Assembly (NCBI RefSeq): GCF_038025025.1
Contig: NW_027117342.1
Location: 124,001-188,000, forward strand
Source: Phyllosticta citribraziliensis
Lineage: Eukaryota
Direction of reading: 5' to 3'
DNA: 64,000 nucleotides
Below, piece by piece: positions 48,201 to 62,336 of the stretch. The position numbers were made by a program, and so were the translations under genes. Below the pieces are notes generated by a model. It was not told the DNA's origin. It was given only the letters and a program-made list of their open reading frames with translations, and did not search any database. Every line of letters starts with the position of its first letter. Position 1 is the stretch's first letter.

Positions 48201-49824
48201 TCAATCACCCGTCCCCTTGGCTTGCACGCTCTTCTCAATCGCCTCCCTTAACATCGATTCGTTCCTCGGCTTGAAAAAGACCTTGTAATTTTTGCTCATC
48301 GTCACCAGACTGGTCGGATCAGCGCTACCCGTGACAGGATGCGTGTCGACGTCGGACGCGCCCACCAGCTCAAAAGAGTTGAGCATGCGCAAGAAGACGA
48401 TGTAGAGTTCGCGATTGGCAAGTAAAGAGCCAGCACACATGCGGTAGCCAATGCCATAGGTGAAGAGAGGGGCCTCAGGCTGCTCGAGCCAACGCTCCGG
48501 ACGAAAGACGAATGGGTCGTGCCACACCTCGGGGTCTTGGGTCGTCAGCAGACTTCAAGATTTGGGGAGGAGAGTTCATACCCATGTTGCAAGCCCATGC
48601 ATTGAGAAATATGGTTGTGCCCGCCGGGATCAGCTTGCCCTCGTAATGCAAGTCTTTGACTGTTGCGCGAGGCAAAGCCAGACGGAGAACGCAGAAGTAT
48701 CTCAGGCACTCGCGCACCAGGGCCGCAATGTACGCAACTTTTTGATCGTCTTCGGCGTCACACAGAGGCTGGTCTTCGGAGTATTGCTCCCTGATGGCTT
48801 TAACTGCTTTTTGCTGAATGTCGGGTCGCTGTGCCAGAAGCGCAACGCTCCACTGGACCAGAGTCGTGATCGTGTCGAGCCCGCCACTCAACATGGTCAA
48901 GCTGATGCTGGTGAGTTCTTCCTTGTTGAGGCTAGCTTCTTCGTCCAAGATGACGTTGGCTTGGATGCACGGCTTGTGTGTCCCTTCCTTCATCCTGCGA
49001 TCCAAGTCATGGTTCAGGCGCTTCAAGTACACGTCGCGGCGGTCGCGGACCTCTGCTGCATGCCTACTGCCAAAGCTAAACGGGTTCAGCCTTAGCAGTG
49101 GAATGTAGTCTTGCAAATTGCCAGTCGTGCTGCGGAAACGGCTGATGTCTTCTTCCACATGTGTGATTTCATCGAAGAGAGGGTCGTCGCGGCTGCCCAT
49201 TCGAGTGCCCCAATTCAGGGTCAAGGATAGACTGAGAGAAAGTCGCTGAATCATGGGCATGGGGTCGACGCCCTCCTTGCCTCCTTTGCCGTACTCGAGT
49301 CCCTCTTTAACGAAATCGCGAGTTTCAATGTCCAGATGGTCAATGTAGGTGGCAACACTCGGCTTGTTGAGCGCGCTGGCTGCACCTTTGCGACGCCGCT
49401 TCAAACTTTCGGAGAACGGCGACGTACCGATAGTTGTCCCGGCAGTGTTGCTCAAAACCTTATGGAACGTGTAGAATACCGGGCGCGAACTGAGAACATG
49501 GCTGTGTTTTCCAAAGAGATCCCTTGCTGTGACAGCTGAGTTGACCACGATGACGGGTATGTTGCCGAGTTGGATCTGATATACGGGACCGTATCGCTTG
49601 CTCCAGAGGCGGTAAGTTTCCGCAGCGTTAACGCGGATTTGGTGAATGTTGCCAACTATGGGCAGCCCTGGAGGTCCTGTAAATCCAGGAAAACGGGCGC
49701 GGAGCCTGTAAAGTTCGTTCAGGAAGACATAGCCGAAGAGTAGGAGGATAGGAGAGAAGAGAAGAGTCCGGAGAGGATGATTGAGAGCTTGGTTCTCGAC
49801 AGCATCGACGACTTCGCCAATCAT
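48201..49824 (-). CDS. Cytochrome P450, CYP504 family (phenylacetate/3-hydroxyphenylacetate hydroxylase-like)
   Basis: SRPVFYTFHKVLS..AGTTIGTSP, SLTLNWG, I-helix SGGLDT, ExxR (ECLR), PERW and heme motif FTYGIGYRMCAG. Intron 48581-48536. Confidence 0.92.
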
Positions 49825-50279
49825 CTTGCAAGCTGTTCAAGAGGATGGGTGGCTGCGACTAGCCGTTAAGGATGACCTTCAGGAAGAATGGAGGTGTTCG
49901 GACATTCAGAGTACCAAGCTGCAGAAACATGACCCTTAAAACATAGTCTTGAAGCCAATGTGCTGCGGAATGAGGACCGTCTCGGTAGTCTGGCGGCATA
50001 CTGGCTTCAGGGTCAACAAGACCGTTTCTTTGTGATTGGCCATGTGGGGAGTGGCTGGATCCCTGTTGTCCATCAATGCGGGGAAGCTGGGGCGGAAGAC
50101 GTCCGCTTGTCCCACGGAATCTGGGCATTTTCTTGCCGGGGAACCTGGCACCAAGCAGTCGTTCGGAACGTTGTTCATGTAGAAATAAAAGACGTTAGAT
50201 TGGACTACACGGTCTACCGGTAAACTCGGGGTATCATCAAGAATTCAAAGAGCATCTCCACTTCCCTCACAGGCTTCTT

Positions 50280-52056
<1,777 letters not shown>

Positions 52057-52377
52057 GAGCGGAGAGCAGGTGTGAGCAAATTTTCAGCAGTTATCCTGAT
52101 GGATGGTGATGGGATCGGGTCGCTCTTTGTGTGTTGAAGCTGCGATGGAAACATCGACGCGACCGCGACCGCGACCGGCTGCAGCCTCTGTCCCTGTACA
52201 CGTGACGCTAACTCCGTCATTCCGCGGCCCATTTCTGCCTCCAGACTTTTTTCCATCTCGACCTTACAACCACGAACAACATCTCGCCGCCGCTCTGTCC
52301 ACCGTTTTGAAAGCAAAGAAATTTCCCGATCTCTCGATAACATCTGTCAATTGCAGCATGCTGCGCTAGGCCCGGTC

Positions 52378-53421
52378 ATGGAACTCAAGAACCTGTCCAG
52401 CAATTGGAAGAAGCTCCAGCAAAAGATCAAACCCTCCGACGACACCACCAAGAGCACCAGCCTCAAGCGCAAGAGCACGAATGAGAGACCGTCCGCAGCC
52501 ATAGGCGCAAAGCGAAAGAAGACAGACTCGAACGCCCTCCCCGTCGACAAGAAGCGCCGCAAAATGGGCTCGTTCATCTCCAGGGAAACCGCATCTACAG
52601 ACACTCCCTCGTCGAATGCGCCGGCCAGCGCCTCCGCTTTTGCTCAAGAGCACAACATCCCCCTCGCCGACGTCGAAGCCGCCTACAACCTGTCCAAGAC
52701 GACGACAAACGGCAGCAACGCGACATACAACGACGAGCCCAACGCGGGGCTCAACACAACGCGCCAGCCGGGCAAATACCTGGCGCTGGACTGCGAGATG
52801 GTGGGCGTAGGACCAGACCCGGACTCCGACTCGCAGCTCGCACGCGTCTCGGTCGTCGACTACAACGGGCACCAGCTCTACGACAGCTACGTGCTGCCGG
52901 TGCTGCCCGTGACCGACTACCGCACGCACGTGTCGGGCATCACACCACGGAACCTGGCTTCAGGACGGCCGTTCAACGCGGTGCAGCGCGACGTCGCGAC
53001 GCTCCTCCAGGGCCGCATCCTCGTGGGCCACGCGCTCAAGCACGACATGGACGTGCTGCAGCTGTCGCACCCGCGCAGAGACATCCGCGACACGGCGCGG
53101 CACTCGGCGTTTCGCGCGCACAGTATGGGCCGCGCGCCGGCGCTGCGCAAGCTGGCAAAGGAGGTGCTTGGCCTGGAGATCCAGAGCGGGGAGCACTCGA
53201 GTGTCGAGGACGCGCGGGCAACCATGGCGCTGTTTCGCGCCGACAAGGAGGCGTTTGAGCGCGAGCATGCGAAGAGGTGGGGACGCAGTCACGGCGGACC
53301 TGCTCCGGGTAGCGCAGCAGCAGTGGCCGCAAGAAATGACGCTGATGATGCTGCTGCCGCGGCGGGGAAGCCGAAGAAGGGTAAGAGCAACAAGAAGAAG
53401 AAGAAAAAGGGGAAGAAGTGA
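52378..53421 (+). CDS. REX4: RNA exonuclease 4 (DEDDh)
   Basis: N-terminal LSSNWKKLQ; KYLALDCEMVGVG, LARVSVVDYNG, VTDYRTHVSGI, ILVGHALKHD, IRDT, IQSGEHSSVEDARATM. Confidence 0.95.
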   Translation: MELKNLSSNWKKLQQKIKPSDDTTKSTSLKRKSTNERPSAAIGAKRKKTDSNALPVDKKRRKMGSFISRETASTDTPSSNAPASASAFAQEHNIPLADVEAAYNLSKTTTNGSNATYNDEPNAGLNTTRQPGKYLALDCEMVGVGPDPDSDSQLARVSVVDYNGHQLYDSYVLPVLPVTDYRTHVSGITPRNLASGRPFNAVQRDVATLLQGRILVGHALKHDMDVLQLSHPRRDIRDTARHSAFRAHSMGRAPALRKLAKEVLGLEIQSGEHSSVEDARATMALFRADKEAFEREHAKRWGRSHGGPAPGSAAAVAARNDADDAAAAAGKPKKGKSNKKKKKKGKK

Positions 53422-54242
53422 GGGTAGTCTGTCAGGTGTCGGACACGCAACGAGCGAGCAGCTGATCTGACATGCGGTGCTCTCAAGGGAAAACGGCGTC
53501 CCCATCACTGGCGGCCAGTCAATCCAGACACAGACACGCGATACCAGCCCCAAAGCAGCACGCCAACGTCAGCGCGTGCGTAGCATTCGACCGCGCGAGA
53601 GCCGTGGCCCCATTCGGCCGGGGAGAGTAGAGCGGACAGTAGACTCGAGAACGAAGTTTGTGAAGAAGGGAAGAGAAAGGGCGGAGCTACAAGCACTTGT
53701 TTGATACCCCCATAGCAGTGAGAGAAAGAGAGGGGGAGGCAAAAGCATCACATTACAGCATCTGGCCGGCGTTAGAGAAGCGTTCTCTTCTTCACCAATA
53801 GATACCTGTACTCCATGTCGGCAAAAGCACTCACACAACGGCGTCATGGTCCACCGGAAGATCAAAGCATATATGACTTAAAATGGGATTGAATTACCTG
53901 CCTACCAACTCATGCACCTCCTCGTGATAGCAGCGCCTTGTACCGCCACAGCATGGTCCCCCTCTCCACCGACGTACCCCGATGCACCCACCCCTGCAAG
54001 ATGCCATCCCTGCCAGGACAGTACAACGTCTATTAGCAACGCCGCCCTCCGGTGGCGATCCCGCCGTGTATGAAGAAATTGTACGATGTGGGAAGAGCAA
54101 CAAAAGATATGAATGAAGAGCGGCGAAGAAGTAAAGGAGAAAACGGCGAAGCGCCAATCGCTATGATCGCGTTCAAAAGATCTCAAGGAAAGGAATCAAT
54201 CCAAGCAAGCTGGCGGCCGCGACGTCATGCCGCTTCGCGCGC

Positions 54243-55667
54243 CTACAAGGGTACGGTTTCCATCATCTCAACCGCACCCTCTCTGCCAACAGTGATGATG
54301 ACATCTCCCAGTGTCTTGGTGCGGAAGCCCGCTTCGCAGTATGCAAAGTAGTACTCCCACTTGCGGCGAAACGTCTCGACGTCGGCCTTGGTCATGTCTT
54401 CGTGCTCCTTGAGCAGCGAAGGGCGGATGCGCGAGTCAAAGTTGGCCATGAACTGTTCGCGCCACAGCCGCAGCGTCTTGGCGTAGTGCGGGCCAATGTT
54501 TTCAATTTCGTCGACGATGAGACGTTTGGATGCGCCGGCGTTGATGGCAGCGACGAGCTGCGAGACTGCAGGCAGATGGCCGCCGGGGAAGATATACCGC
54601 CGGATGAAGTCGTCAGATGCGGCGTAGGCGTCGTAGCGCTGGGTAGCAGTCTTGTTAGTATGAGCATAATGGGAGAAAAAGGGGGGAAAGCTCACAGTCT
54701 CAGGCATGGTGATACATTGGAAGACAGCGATGCCACCCTCCTTTTTCAGCAGCCGGTCCACCTGCTTGAAATACGTGACCAGGAATTCGGGGCCAACCGC
54801 TTCTAGCATTTCAATGCTGATCAACTTGTCGTATGCCTCGCGGTCCACTGGAGTTGGGCAATTGCGGTAGTCGCAAAGCAGCACTTCTATGCGGTCCTGC
54901 AGTCCGGCCTCGCGGATGCGATCTTCAGCGAGTTCTTTTTGCTCGACGCTCAACGTCAGCGAGGTGATGCGACATCCAGTCCGCCGCACGGCGCGAATCG
55001 CCAGGGAGCCCCAGCCCGTCCCAATTTCGAGGACATGATCGGAAGACTTTAGTTTGGCGTTGTCGATGAAGCGGTCCAGCTTGCGCATCTGCGCGTCCTC
55101 GAGGGTTTCGAGAGCTGACGCAGGCTCCGTCAGTGGCAACCAGATGGGACAGCTGTAAGTCATGTCCGGAGAGAGGAATGCGGCAAACATGTCATTGCTA
55201 ATGTCGTAATGGGCAGCGATGTTGAGACGCGAATTCTGCAGGGTATTGGCTTTTCGGGCGAGCCCAGACAAGGTTCCGGCCAGACTCGACGTCAGGGTTG
55301 AGCCATTGGACAGCGCGCCGCGGTTCATTATGAAGATGTCAAAAAACGCAGTCAAGTTGGGGCATGAGACTTCATTCAGCATGAAGCTCTCAGCAAAGCC
55401 CATGTCCGCAAAGAGAGCCAGACGAACCCAAAAGGTGTCAGAGTGTACGCGAAGGGTTGTGCGGGGCCCAGCGTCTTTGTTGTCCCTGTTCCCGCATATT
55501 GTTTCGGTCCCATCCACATCAACAATGTCGAGTCGTCCAGTCTGTATGTATGAGAGTAAGCTTAGGACAGCGCTCCGCGACAGGCTCGCGAGCGGACCCC
55601 ATGCCAACTGGCCAGTGTAGCTGCGCAGCGCGTAGAAGCGCGAAGTCAATGGGGAGAGGACAGCCAT
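54243..55667 (-). CDS. Cyclopropane-fatty-acyl-phospholipid synthase-like SAM methyltransferase
   Basis: NIAAHYDISNDMF..FL...MTYSC, VLEIGTGWG, LTLSVEQ, SIEMLEAVG, FIRRYIFPGG, HYAKTL..W, WEYYFAYCEAGF. A 57-nt in-frame intron is likely at 54695-54639. Confidence 0.93.
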   Translation of the reverse strand: MAVLSPLTSRFYALRSYTGQLAWGPLASLSRSAVLSLLSYIQTGRLDIVDVDGTETICGNRDNKDAGPRTTLRVHSDTFWVRLALFADMGFAESFMLNEVSCPNLTAFFDIFIMNRGALSNGSTLTSSLAGTLSGLARKANTLQNSRLNIAAHYDISNDMFAAFLSPDMTYSCPIWLPLTEPASALETLEDAQMRKLDRFIDNAKLKSSDHVLEIGTGWGSLAIRAVRRTGCRITSLTLSVEQKELAEDRIREAGLQDRIEVLLCDYRNCPTPVDREAYDKLISIEMLEAVGPEFLVTYFKQVDRLLKKEGGIAVFQCITMPETVSFPPFFSHYAHTNKTATQRYDAYAASDDFIRRYIFPGGHLPAVSQLVAAINAGASKRLIVDEIENIGPHYAKTLRLWREQFMANFDSRIRPSLLKEHEDMTKADVETFRRKWEYYFAYCEAGFRTKTLGDVIITVGREGAVEMMETVPL

Positions 55668-56728
55668 GGAGCTCGAGGAGAGACCGAGGGGCTCGCGCGC
55701 GCGCGGAGCGGAGCTGTGACGATGGCGATGACGAGGGCGAGACACGAGGAGTTACTCGCGGATGGAACTAGGCCGTGCAGAAACCAAGGAATGTAATGCG
55801 GGATGGAATGAGAGCGCAATGGCAGCAACGAACTTGGTGAGAGCAGACCGGGGGGGAACTGAAGGGAGAGGAGAAGGGCTGGCCGCAGACTGGTAGACGA
55901 CAACAGGCCATCAGCCGCTAGCATCAACCCTAAAAAGTGCTTGTTCGAGGGATTGCTTCTGGCCGCCAGCCCACATGCGCCCTGGCTCCGAAGGCATGTG
56001 GCCTGCCGGCAACGGCCACTTGGACAAGTGGGCTTGATTACATGTGGCTTTTGGGCGAAGCGCGAGAGGCTGGCAGGTATTGGGGTCGCGGCGCCTCGTG
56101 TTTTGGCAGAGCGCGAGGTGGAAATGGGGCCTTTGCCCTTTGCAGTGAGTCCATGACGTTTGCGTTACTCGGCGAAGCGGCAACGGGCGACGAGTCGAAT
56201 AAGGGCCCGCTCGGCCGTTGGCGTTTCCCGTCTCTTGCAGCGGCCGTCCACTCGTAATCATGAAGTCATGTCGTGAGTTTCCTGAGCCTCGGACGGACAG
56301 TCTCTTTGTCCGCCTGGGCGCAAGGAACAATTGGGATGGCGTTGATGAGGCTCATTCGACGAAAATGTGGTGGGCCCCGATGCGGGGTCCGTTTCTCGAT
56401 GGGCGCGCGACATGTACCGTCATTGACATGGTCCGACTGCTCCACCGGGCCCAATGCGTCGAGTGAGAGTGTGAGACTGAGAAGAGGCAGAGAGCGTCGC
56501 CATGGGGTAGGAGTAGTAATCTGGAGATGAAGTGCGACGGACGAAGCGTCGAGGTCGTCCAGCAAGTGCCCCCGAGGCAGAGGCAGACGCAGAGGGCAGG
56601 CACCCAGGCACCCAGGCACCCCCCAAGAGATCGGATCGCCGCATCCCGGTCGCCGATCAACTCACGATACGCGACTCTGCGCGTCTGACGCGTCTTCCTC
56701 TTCTTCCTCCGCTCTGCAACCATCCATC

Positions 56729-57341
56729 ATGCTCTCCATCCAGCAAAAGTCGTCTTCCGCTCAAAAGGCCACGCCAAATCTCGTGCCGTGTCGCATCGAC
56801 CACAATGGCCCCGTCAACGCCACCGAGCGCTACTGGAAGCCTCAGACGGAAAATGGTGACAGCCTCAACTCTTTTTGCACGCGCCCTTGCTGAGACCAAC
56901 AATCAGATGGCACACAGACGGCCTTTTTCCGTGGGCGTAAACTGAAAGGCCGACAAATTCAGCTGCCAGACGGCTATCGAGGTTCGCCACCTTCTTCATG
57001 CGCGCGCTTCGGCTTCTGACCGGTATCAGGAGCGCTCCTCTCCACGACCAACCGCACACTCCCTCAGGATAACACACAGGCTGGCGGTGAAGGCGATGAC
57101 AACGAGGAAGACGAAGAGACCGTCGAGGTTCGTGTCGTCGAGGAGGTTGGTCACTTTGACCGCGTCGTTGTGTGGGGCCATGAGAGCGTTCCAGACGAGG
57201 CCGAGGACCCGTATTCAAGAGGCTTGGCGGAATGGCTTACTTTTGCTCAAGCTGTACGTCCCTTTGCCGTTATATCGCTACCGTACTGACAGCTTTCAGA
57301 TGCATTCGCAACCAAAGAGCGACAATGGCTCCCAAGCGTGA
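56729..57341 (+). CDS. RNH203: Ribonuclease H2 subunit C-like
   Basis: Spliced product MLSIQQ...NLVPCRIDHNGPV...YW / TAFFRGRKLKG..IQLPDGYRG / FDRVVVWGHE.VPD...DPY.RGL.EW..FA.AMH. Three short introns. Confidence 0.88.
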
Positions 57342-57413
57342 TTCTTCTCTCCGCCCTCAGGACAAGCGGGGCGTTCGGGCTGGGGACGCATTTGGATTTC
57401 AATAGCGAACGGG

Positions 57414-57942
57414 TCATACATCTCTTTTCGGCAAAGTCTTGTCCCATTCGCGCTGCTCTTTGAGGAATTCGGCTTTGCGCTTCTGGTATCCTTCGTGCTC
57501 GCGGCACCGATTCCACACTTGGCGGAAAATCTCCGAGGCTTCCATCTTGTCCTTGGCGTCCTTGTGCGTCGAGCTCTTGGGCAACTCTTTGCCATTTGCA
57601 GTCGAGTACTTGCGACCGCCACGATGATTGGCGTATCTTTTCGCTCGCGTCATGCCCTACAAAGTGTCAGTCAGGAAGCTGCCTGCCATGTAATTACAGG
57701 AGACTGGCCATCTGGATGAACTTGCGGCACATGTCCATGCCCACAAAGTCGTCTTCTCGATCGTACTCTTCAAATCGCTGCCACAGGTCTTGTGAGCTTT
57801 TGCGAGCGAGCTCCACGGTGCGGAATCGCCATAGCGGGAGCAGCGTCGACTTATAGGGCTCGAATGTCAGGACCCCTTGCTCGCCGCGTCCAATCCGGTA
57901 GCTCATTCGGAGCGCGTGGGATGGTGGAGAATGATTCGACAT
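57414..57942 (-). CDS. DUF4385-family protein
   Basis: YRIGRGEQGVLTFEPYKS.LLPLWRFRT, DFVGMDMCRKFIQM/GMTRAKRYANHRGGRKY. Intron 57708-57657. Confidence 0.85.
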
Positions 57943-58529
57943 TTAGAATCCGGATTCTGAGCTGCTTATGTTTCTCAGCGGAGTCCTGGGGAGGTGTATT
58001 GGAGCGTATGCATCTAGAGGGGATGCGGAAACTAGATTGGTCAAATAGCTACCCGGATCGAGCCAATGACGTCGCCGTGTTTCGCTAGCCGACCCAAAAG
58101 AGCAATGAAACCGCGTCTGTCTGCTCCCGCTGATAACCGCTATACTCACTACTCAGGCTGAACCCTCTTCGGAATTCTGCTCTCTGGTCGCTCGGTCTCT
58201 GCGTCAACTCTGGCGCTCGCCGGCATCACTCATCTCTGGCGGCATTATGTCGGCTTCGCCGTGGCCACGATTTTCGGTTTTCTGGCATCGTCAGCCAAAA
58301 CATCAACAACTTCATCTCGACTATTCGGTATTCTCTCTCAACTTTCACACGTTCAGAACCTGTCTATTCTGCAGACATCAGTTTGCAACCGGGATACCCG
58401 CAGCCTCTTCTCCCACACTCCTGCTTTTCCCGTCCAATAGTTCCAACCAAGAGAAAAAAGAAAAGAAAAACAAGTAAGCGGGACCCGATCCAGGAGCATC
58501 ATTTAAACAAGCATCGCTACTCTTACATC

Positions 58530-60209
58530 ATGCCATCTTGTACCCAGAAATACGCTCTTCTGGTACCAGCAAAAGATGTCAAGACCATAAAGACGCTCCT
58601 CGAGAGCCACGGCCACTTGGACAAGACGCGCAAAATCGAGGCACACAAGGGAAGCAACAACACCAATCCCGGACAGAAGCGCTTCCTGGTTCCCATACTC
58701 TCTGAATCTGGATCCTCCGGAGACGCTGCAGATGAAGACGAGATCCACGAGGCGATTCAACAAATTCTCCCACCAGGACCAACGTACTCCCTTCTCCCTC
58801 TCTCCGCTACCTCTCCGTCCGGCGGCTTATCACGACCAACCAAGAACCCGCTTCACGCCTCCTTTTCCGCAGCGCTGTCATCGCAGCTCCCTGAGTCTCT
58901 GCTCGCGTCTCTCTCCCTCTCGGTTGCGGCTGTTGTGTCCGCTCTGCCGGCGACGCATCTAGTCTACTCCCCCTTGCTGCTCCTGCCTGCCCACGCGTTT
59001 GCAAAGCCGGAATGGCAGACACTGCTTGGTGCCGCGGCCGCCGATGGAGCAGTGATGCAGAGAGTCTGGGCACACGTAGCAAAAGAGATGGGCGTCGAGG
59101 CCGTGGCAGTCAACGCGGCGATCCCGCTGGGCGCATCATCAACATCGTCACCATCAAAAGCAGCAGCAGCAGCAGAAACCGCACATCCAGAAGAATCGCC
59201 ATCATCGTGGAACGCACTTCGCTCACCCACAGGCCTAACGCCACTACACGGCTCCTTCGGCCCTCTCCCCTCGCCCACGACAACGGCGGCCCCAATGCCG
59301 TCCGACTACACCGCCGCGCTCTGGGTCTCGACGAGGCAGAACGGCATCACGCAGACGTGGGCTCCGCTGTACACCATGTTCAGCCGCGGCAACATCCGCG
59401 AGAAGGCTCGGCTACTGGCTTTGCTACCATCGCTCCACCGTAGCCCTTCCTCTGCTACCCTCGCACCATTGTCAGAACCCCAAAGTTCAGTTCCAGCGTC
59501 TGCAGGGGGACGAGTATCGACCGCTCAAGCGCAGGCCGCCAGCGCGCCCCTCGCCGCCCTCGACCTCTACGCCGGCATCGGCTACTTCGCCTTCTCGTAC
59601 CGGCGCGCCGGCGCACGGCCGGTGCTGTGCTGGGAGCTCAACGCGTGGAGCATCGAGGGGCTGCGGCGCGGCGCGGCGGCGAACGGGTGGACGACGCACA
59701 TCATGACAACAGACGCGGCAAACAACGACGACCAAGAAAAGAGGATGACGAAATGCGTCAACGTTGTTGACGCGGACTTCATCGTATTCCCGCACACCAA
59801 CGCCGCTGCGCTGGATGACCTGGCGGCGCTGGAGGAGGCGGGGATCACAGTGCCGCCGATTCGGCACGTCAATGGCGGGTTGCTGCCGTCGTCGCGTGGC
59901 GCGTGGCGGACGGCTGTCAGGGCTGTCGATAGCAAGATGGGCGGGTGGTTGCATTTGCATGAGAATTTTGGCGCGGAGGAGATGGAGAGGAGGACGGGTG
60001 AAGTGCTGGCGGAGGTGGGGGCGCTATGGGAGGACGCCAGGAGAGAAAGGACGAGGGAAGTGATGCGAGAGGGAGACGACGGGGCAGTAAAGAAGGGGAA
60101 GGGCGAAAGTGTTGAGCTCGTGCATCTCGAGAAGATCAAGACCTATGCGCCGGGCGTGTGGCATGTGGTTTTGGATGTCTGGGTGCCACCAACTGAACCG
60201 GTAGAATAG
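58530..60209 (+). CDS. TYW2: tRNA wybutosine-synthesis protein 2 (Trm12/TYW2)
   Basis: QNGITQTWAPLYTMFSRGNIREKARL, DLYAGIGYFAFSY, CWELNAWSIEGL, IRHVNGGLLPSS, GWLHLHEN, KIKTYAPGVWHVVLD. Confidence 0.9.
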   Translation: MPSCTQKYALLVPAKDVKTIKTLLESHGHLDKTRKIEAHKGSNNTNPGQKRFLVPILSESGSSGDAADEDEIHEAIQQILPPGPTYSLLPLSATSPSGGLSRPTKNPLHASFSAALSSQLPESLLASLSLSVAAVVSALPATHLVYSPLLLLPAHAFAKPEWQTLLGAAAADGAVMQRVWAHVAKEMGVEAVAVNAAIPLGASSTSSPSKAAAAAETAHPEESPSSWNALRSPTGLTPLHGSFGPLPSPTTTAAPMPSDYTAALWVSTRQNGITQTWAPLYTMFSRGNIREKARLLALLPSLHRSPSSATLAPLSEPQSSVPASAGGRVSTAQAQAASAPLAALDLYAGIGYFAFSYRRAGARPVLCWELNAWSIEGLRRGAAANGWTTHIMTTDAANNDDQEKRMTKCVNVVDADFIVFPHTNAAALDDLAALEEAGITVPPIRHVNGGLLPSSRGAWRTAVRAVDSKMGGWLHLHENFGAEEMERRTGEVLAEVGALWEDARRERTREVMREGDDGAVKKGKGESVELVHLEKIKTYAPGVWHVVLDVWVPPTEPVE

Positions 60210-60563
60210 AAGTAGACGGACTGCGAGGGCGAAGCCGGATGATAGAAATTTGGAAAAAGGATGTTGGTTGGTGTTTTGGATGCTTGGTGCCTTCAGGGAG
60301 CCTGGAACAATCAACCGTATATTTACACATGCTCTGGCCCTCCGTACAGCTTTGAAAAATTGAAAAATTATGGCATAAACCCCGCGACAAGCTTCGCCGG
60401 CTGGTCAGCAGCAAATCCACTTCTCCACACTCCTCAATCAACGCCACGCTCGTTCCCTCTTCGCCTCATGACTTTTGTCTTCGTGTCCCATATCCAACAA
60501 GAACTCGCTGTATAAATATATGCACATTCGTCGTGGTCATCGTCGTTGTCCTCGTCACATCAC

Positions 60564-61384
60564 TCAATGCCCCACTCGCCGAAACTTTTGCGGTATGTTT
60601 GCTTCGACAATGGACAGCTGCTCCTGCGCGTGCAGCTTCTCCTCTTCGGCCTCCATCTCGTCGTGTTTGCGGAAGTGCTCAATGTCCTCGGGGTGCGTCA
60701 GGTCCTCGAGCTTGACGTTGTCACCGCTGTGGTATCTCTCGAAGTGGTGAATCTGTTGCGCCGTCAGCCATAGCCCTCCGCATTGTGCCCGTGTGGTTGT
60801 GTTTGCTTACCTCGTACTCCGTCTCGTAATCGCCGTGGTGGCCCGGGCCGAAGCCAAAGTCGGGGATAACGACGCCCTTGGCGTGCGCAACGACGAACTC
60901 GGGGTACGTGATGTCGCCGCTGCGGTCGGTGTCGTACAGCTCAAAAACGCTGCGAACGGCCGCGTCCTTGTCCTGCTGCGGGAACCGCGACGTCGAGTCG
61001 TCCATCAGGCCGAGCGTCTTGCGTACGTCGTCAGGCGACCATTTGCCGGTGCTGTCGTAGTCGTGGAGATTGAAGAAGACGCCCGCGTCGAAGCTGGTGA
61101 TGTGGTGCTCCTCTGTTTGACATGGTTGTTAGCTTGGAGTCTTCTCTGGGGTAGCTGACCGGGAGCGGGAGCTTGTTTGTCCAGCTGCCGCGGCCGGGGG
61201 AGACCCTTTTCAATTCGTGCGCGATGGACGCATTGTGAGAGGAACGCGGCGAGAGTCACACACCTATCATATGGCGCGTCATCCAGTCTGCTCCTTCAGG
61301 AACTTTGAGGGCTTCCTGGCTGTGGGCGGACGCCGTGGCCGCGAGAGCCGCCAGAGCGATTGCGGCTCCAACGAAGGACCTCAT
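60564..61384 (-). CDS. SSP120: Secretory-pathway EF-hand protein Ssp120-like
   Basis: Signal peptide MRSFVGAAIALAALAATASA; WMTRHM.EEHH..FD...FF.LHDYD, EF-hand YDTDRSGDITYPEF, GPGHHGDYETEYE/IHHFE.YH, LTHPEDIEHF, NIPQKF. Two introns. Confidence 0.9.
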
Positions 61385-62336
61385 TGTGAGGAGATAGTGA
61401 CTTGACAGGTCTTCTTTGGGGGTGTTGTCGAATCAGAAGCCCGCGCCTTTGGTCGGAGACGGAGCTGAGGGGTCTGGTAAAGCGAGCGTGGTTCCACAAA
61501 TCAGTTGGTTGTCGTTGTCGAGATGGAGATGGAGTTCGGTCGGTGCCAGGTCCGATGGATTTGTGGACCGTGCAACGGGACCCCTACCTTTCGGGGACTC
61601 CATCGTCGTCCCCACCACCTCCATCAACCACGCTCCAGGTCACAAGCCGATGCTGAGTTGTCAATTATGCTTTATTTTTAAGACCCACGGCTGATCACCA
61701 AGCCATAGCAGTATCATCTATGCCATCTTACTGTCGTCTTCACTGGAAAGCATATTCTCCGCCGCCATCTCGTCAAAGAACTCTTCTTTCGGTCTCACGT
61801 AACAGTCAATCCGAAACCATTTTGACCGGCGCCAGGAAAACTGAGAGAGGGACAAGCACTGGCTCCTTGACGACTTTCGTGGCAAATGCTCGCCTCGTTG
61901 CGAGTTTCTATACCCCACTCGAGCGTCGTGCTTGCAAAACGATGCCATGGCTGCGAAGGGCTTCAGATCACGACCTACGCGCAGCATTTCTTATCTGGAT
62001 ACCTAACTTACTATCACATAGATTCTCCGTTTATTTGAGTTGGCTGAACTGCTATGAGAACGAGACCATGACTTTCCATGTAAGCCCTCGCATTCCCTGT
62101 CTGTCCAAAACCACGGGAAGAGGCAGTTGAGTGCAGGCTGATTTTCGTAGCCCTGCACGGCCATGGTCCCGCCACTTTCAGACCCACCTCTGGACACATG
62201 TCTCCCGGAGCAAAATTCAAAAAGCGTTTTTACCTGAGCTACTGCTTCCATCCTGCTTGCATCAAGAGCCTTTCTTTCGCTTGTTCCCCTATCCTTGCCG
62301 TGAATTATGGGGTGTTGGTCTGCATTCCTTCATCAA

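Noticed and set aside
46259..49824. Secondary-metabolite gene cluster (MFS plus P450)
   Set aside because: No backbone synthase nearby; CYP504 enzymes act in aromatic catabolism, and the flanking genes on the right are housekeeping.
54639..54695. Apparent 19-aa insertion in the CFA-synthase-like protein
   Set aside because: It is a 57-nt stop-free intron (GTGAGC...CTAAC...CAG), not a novel insertion.
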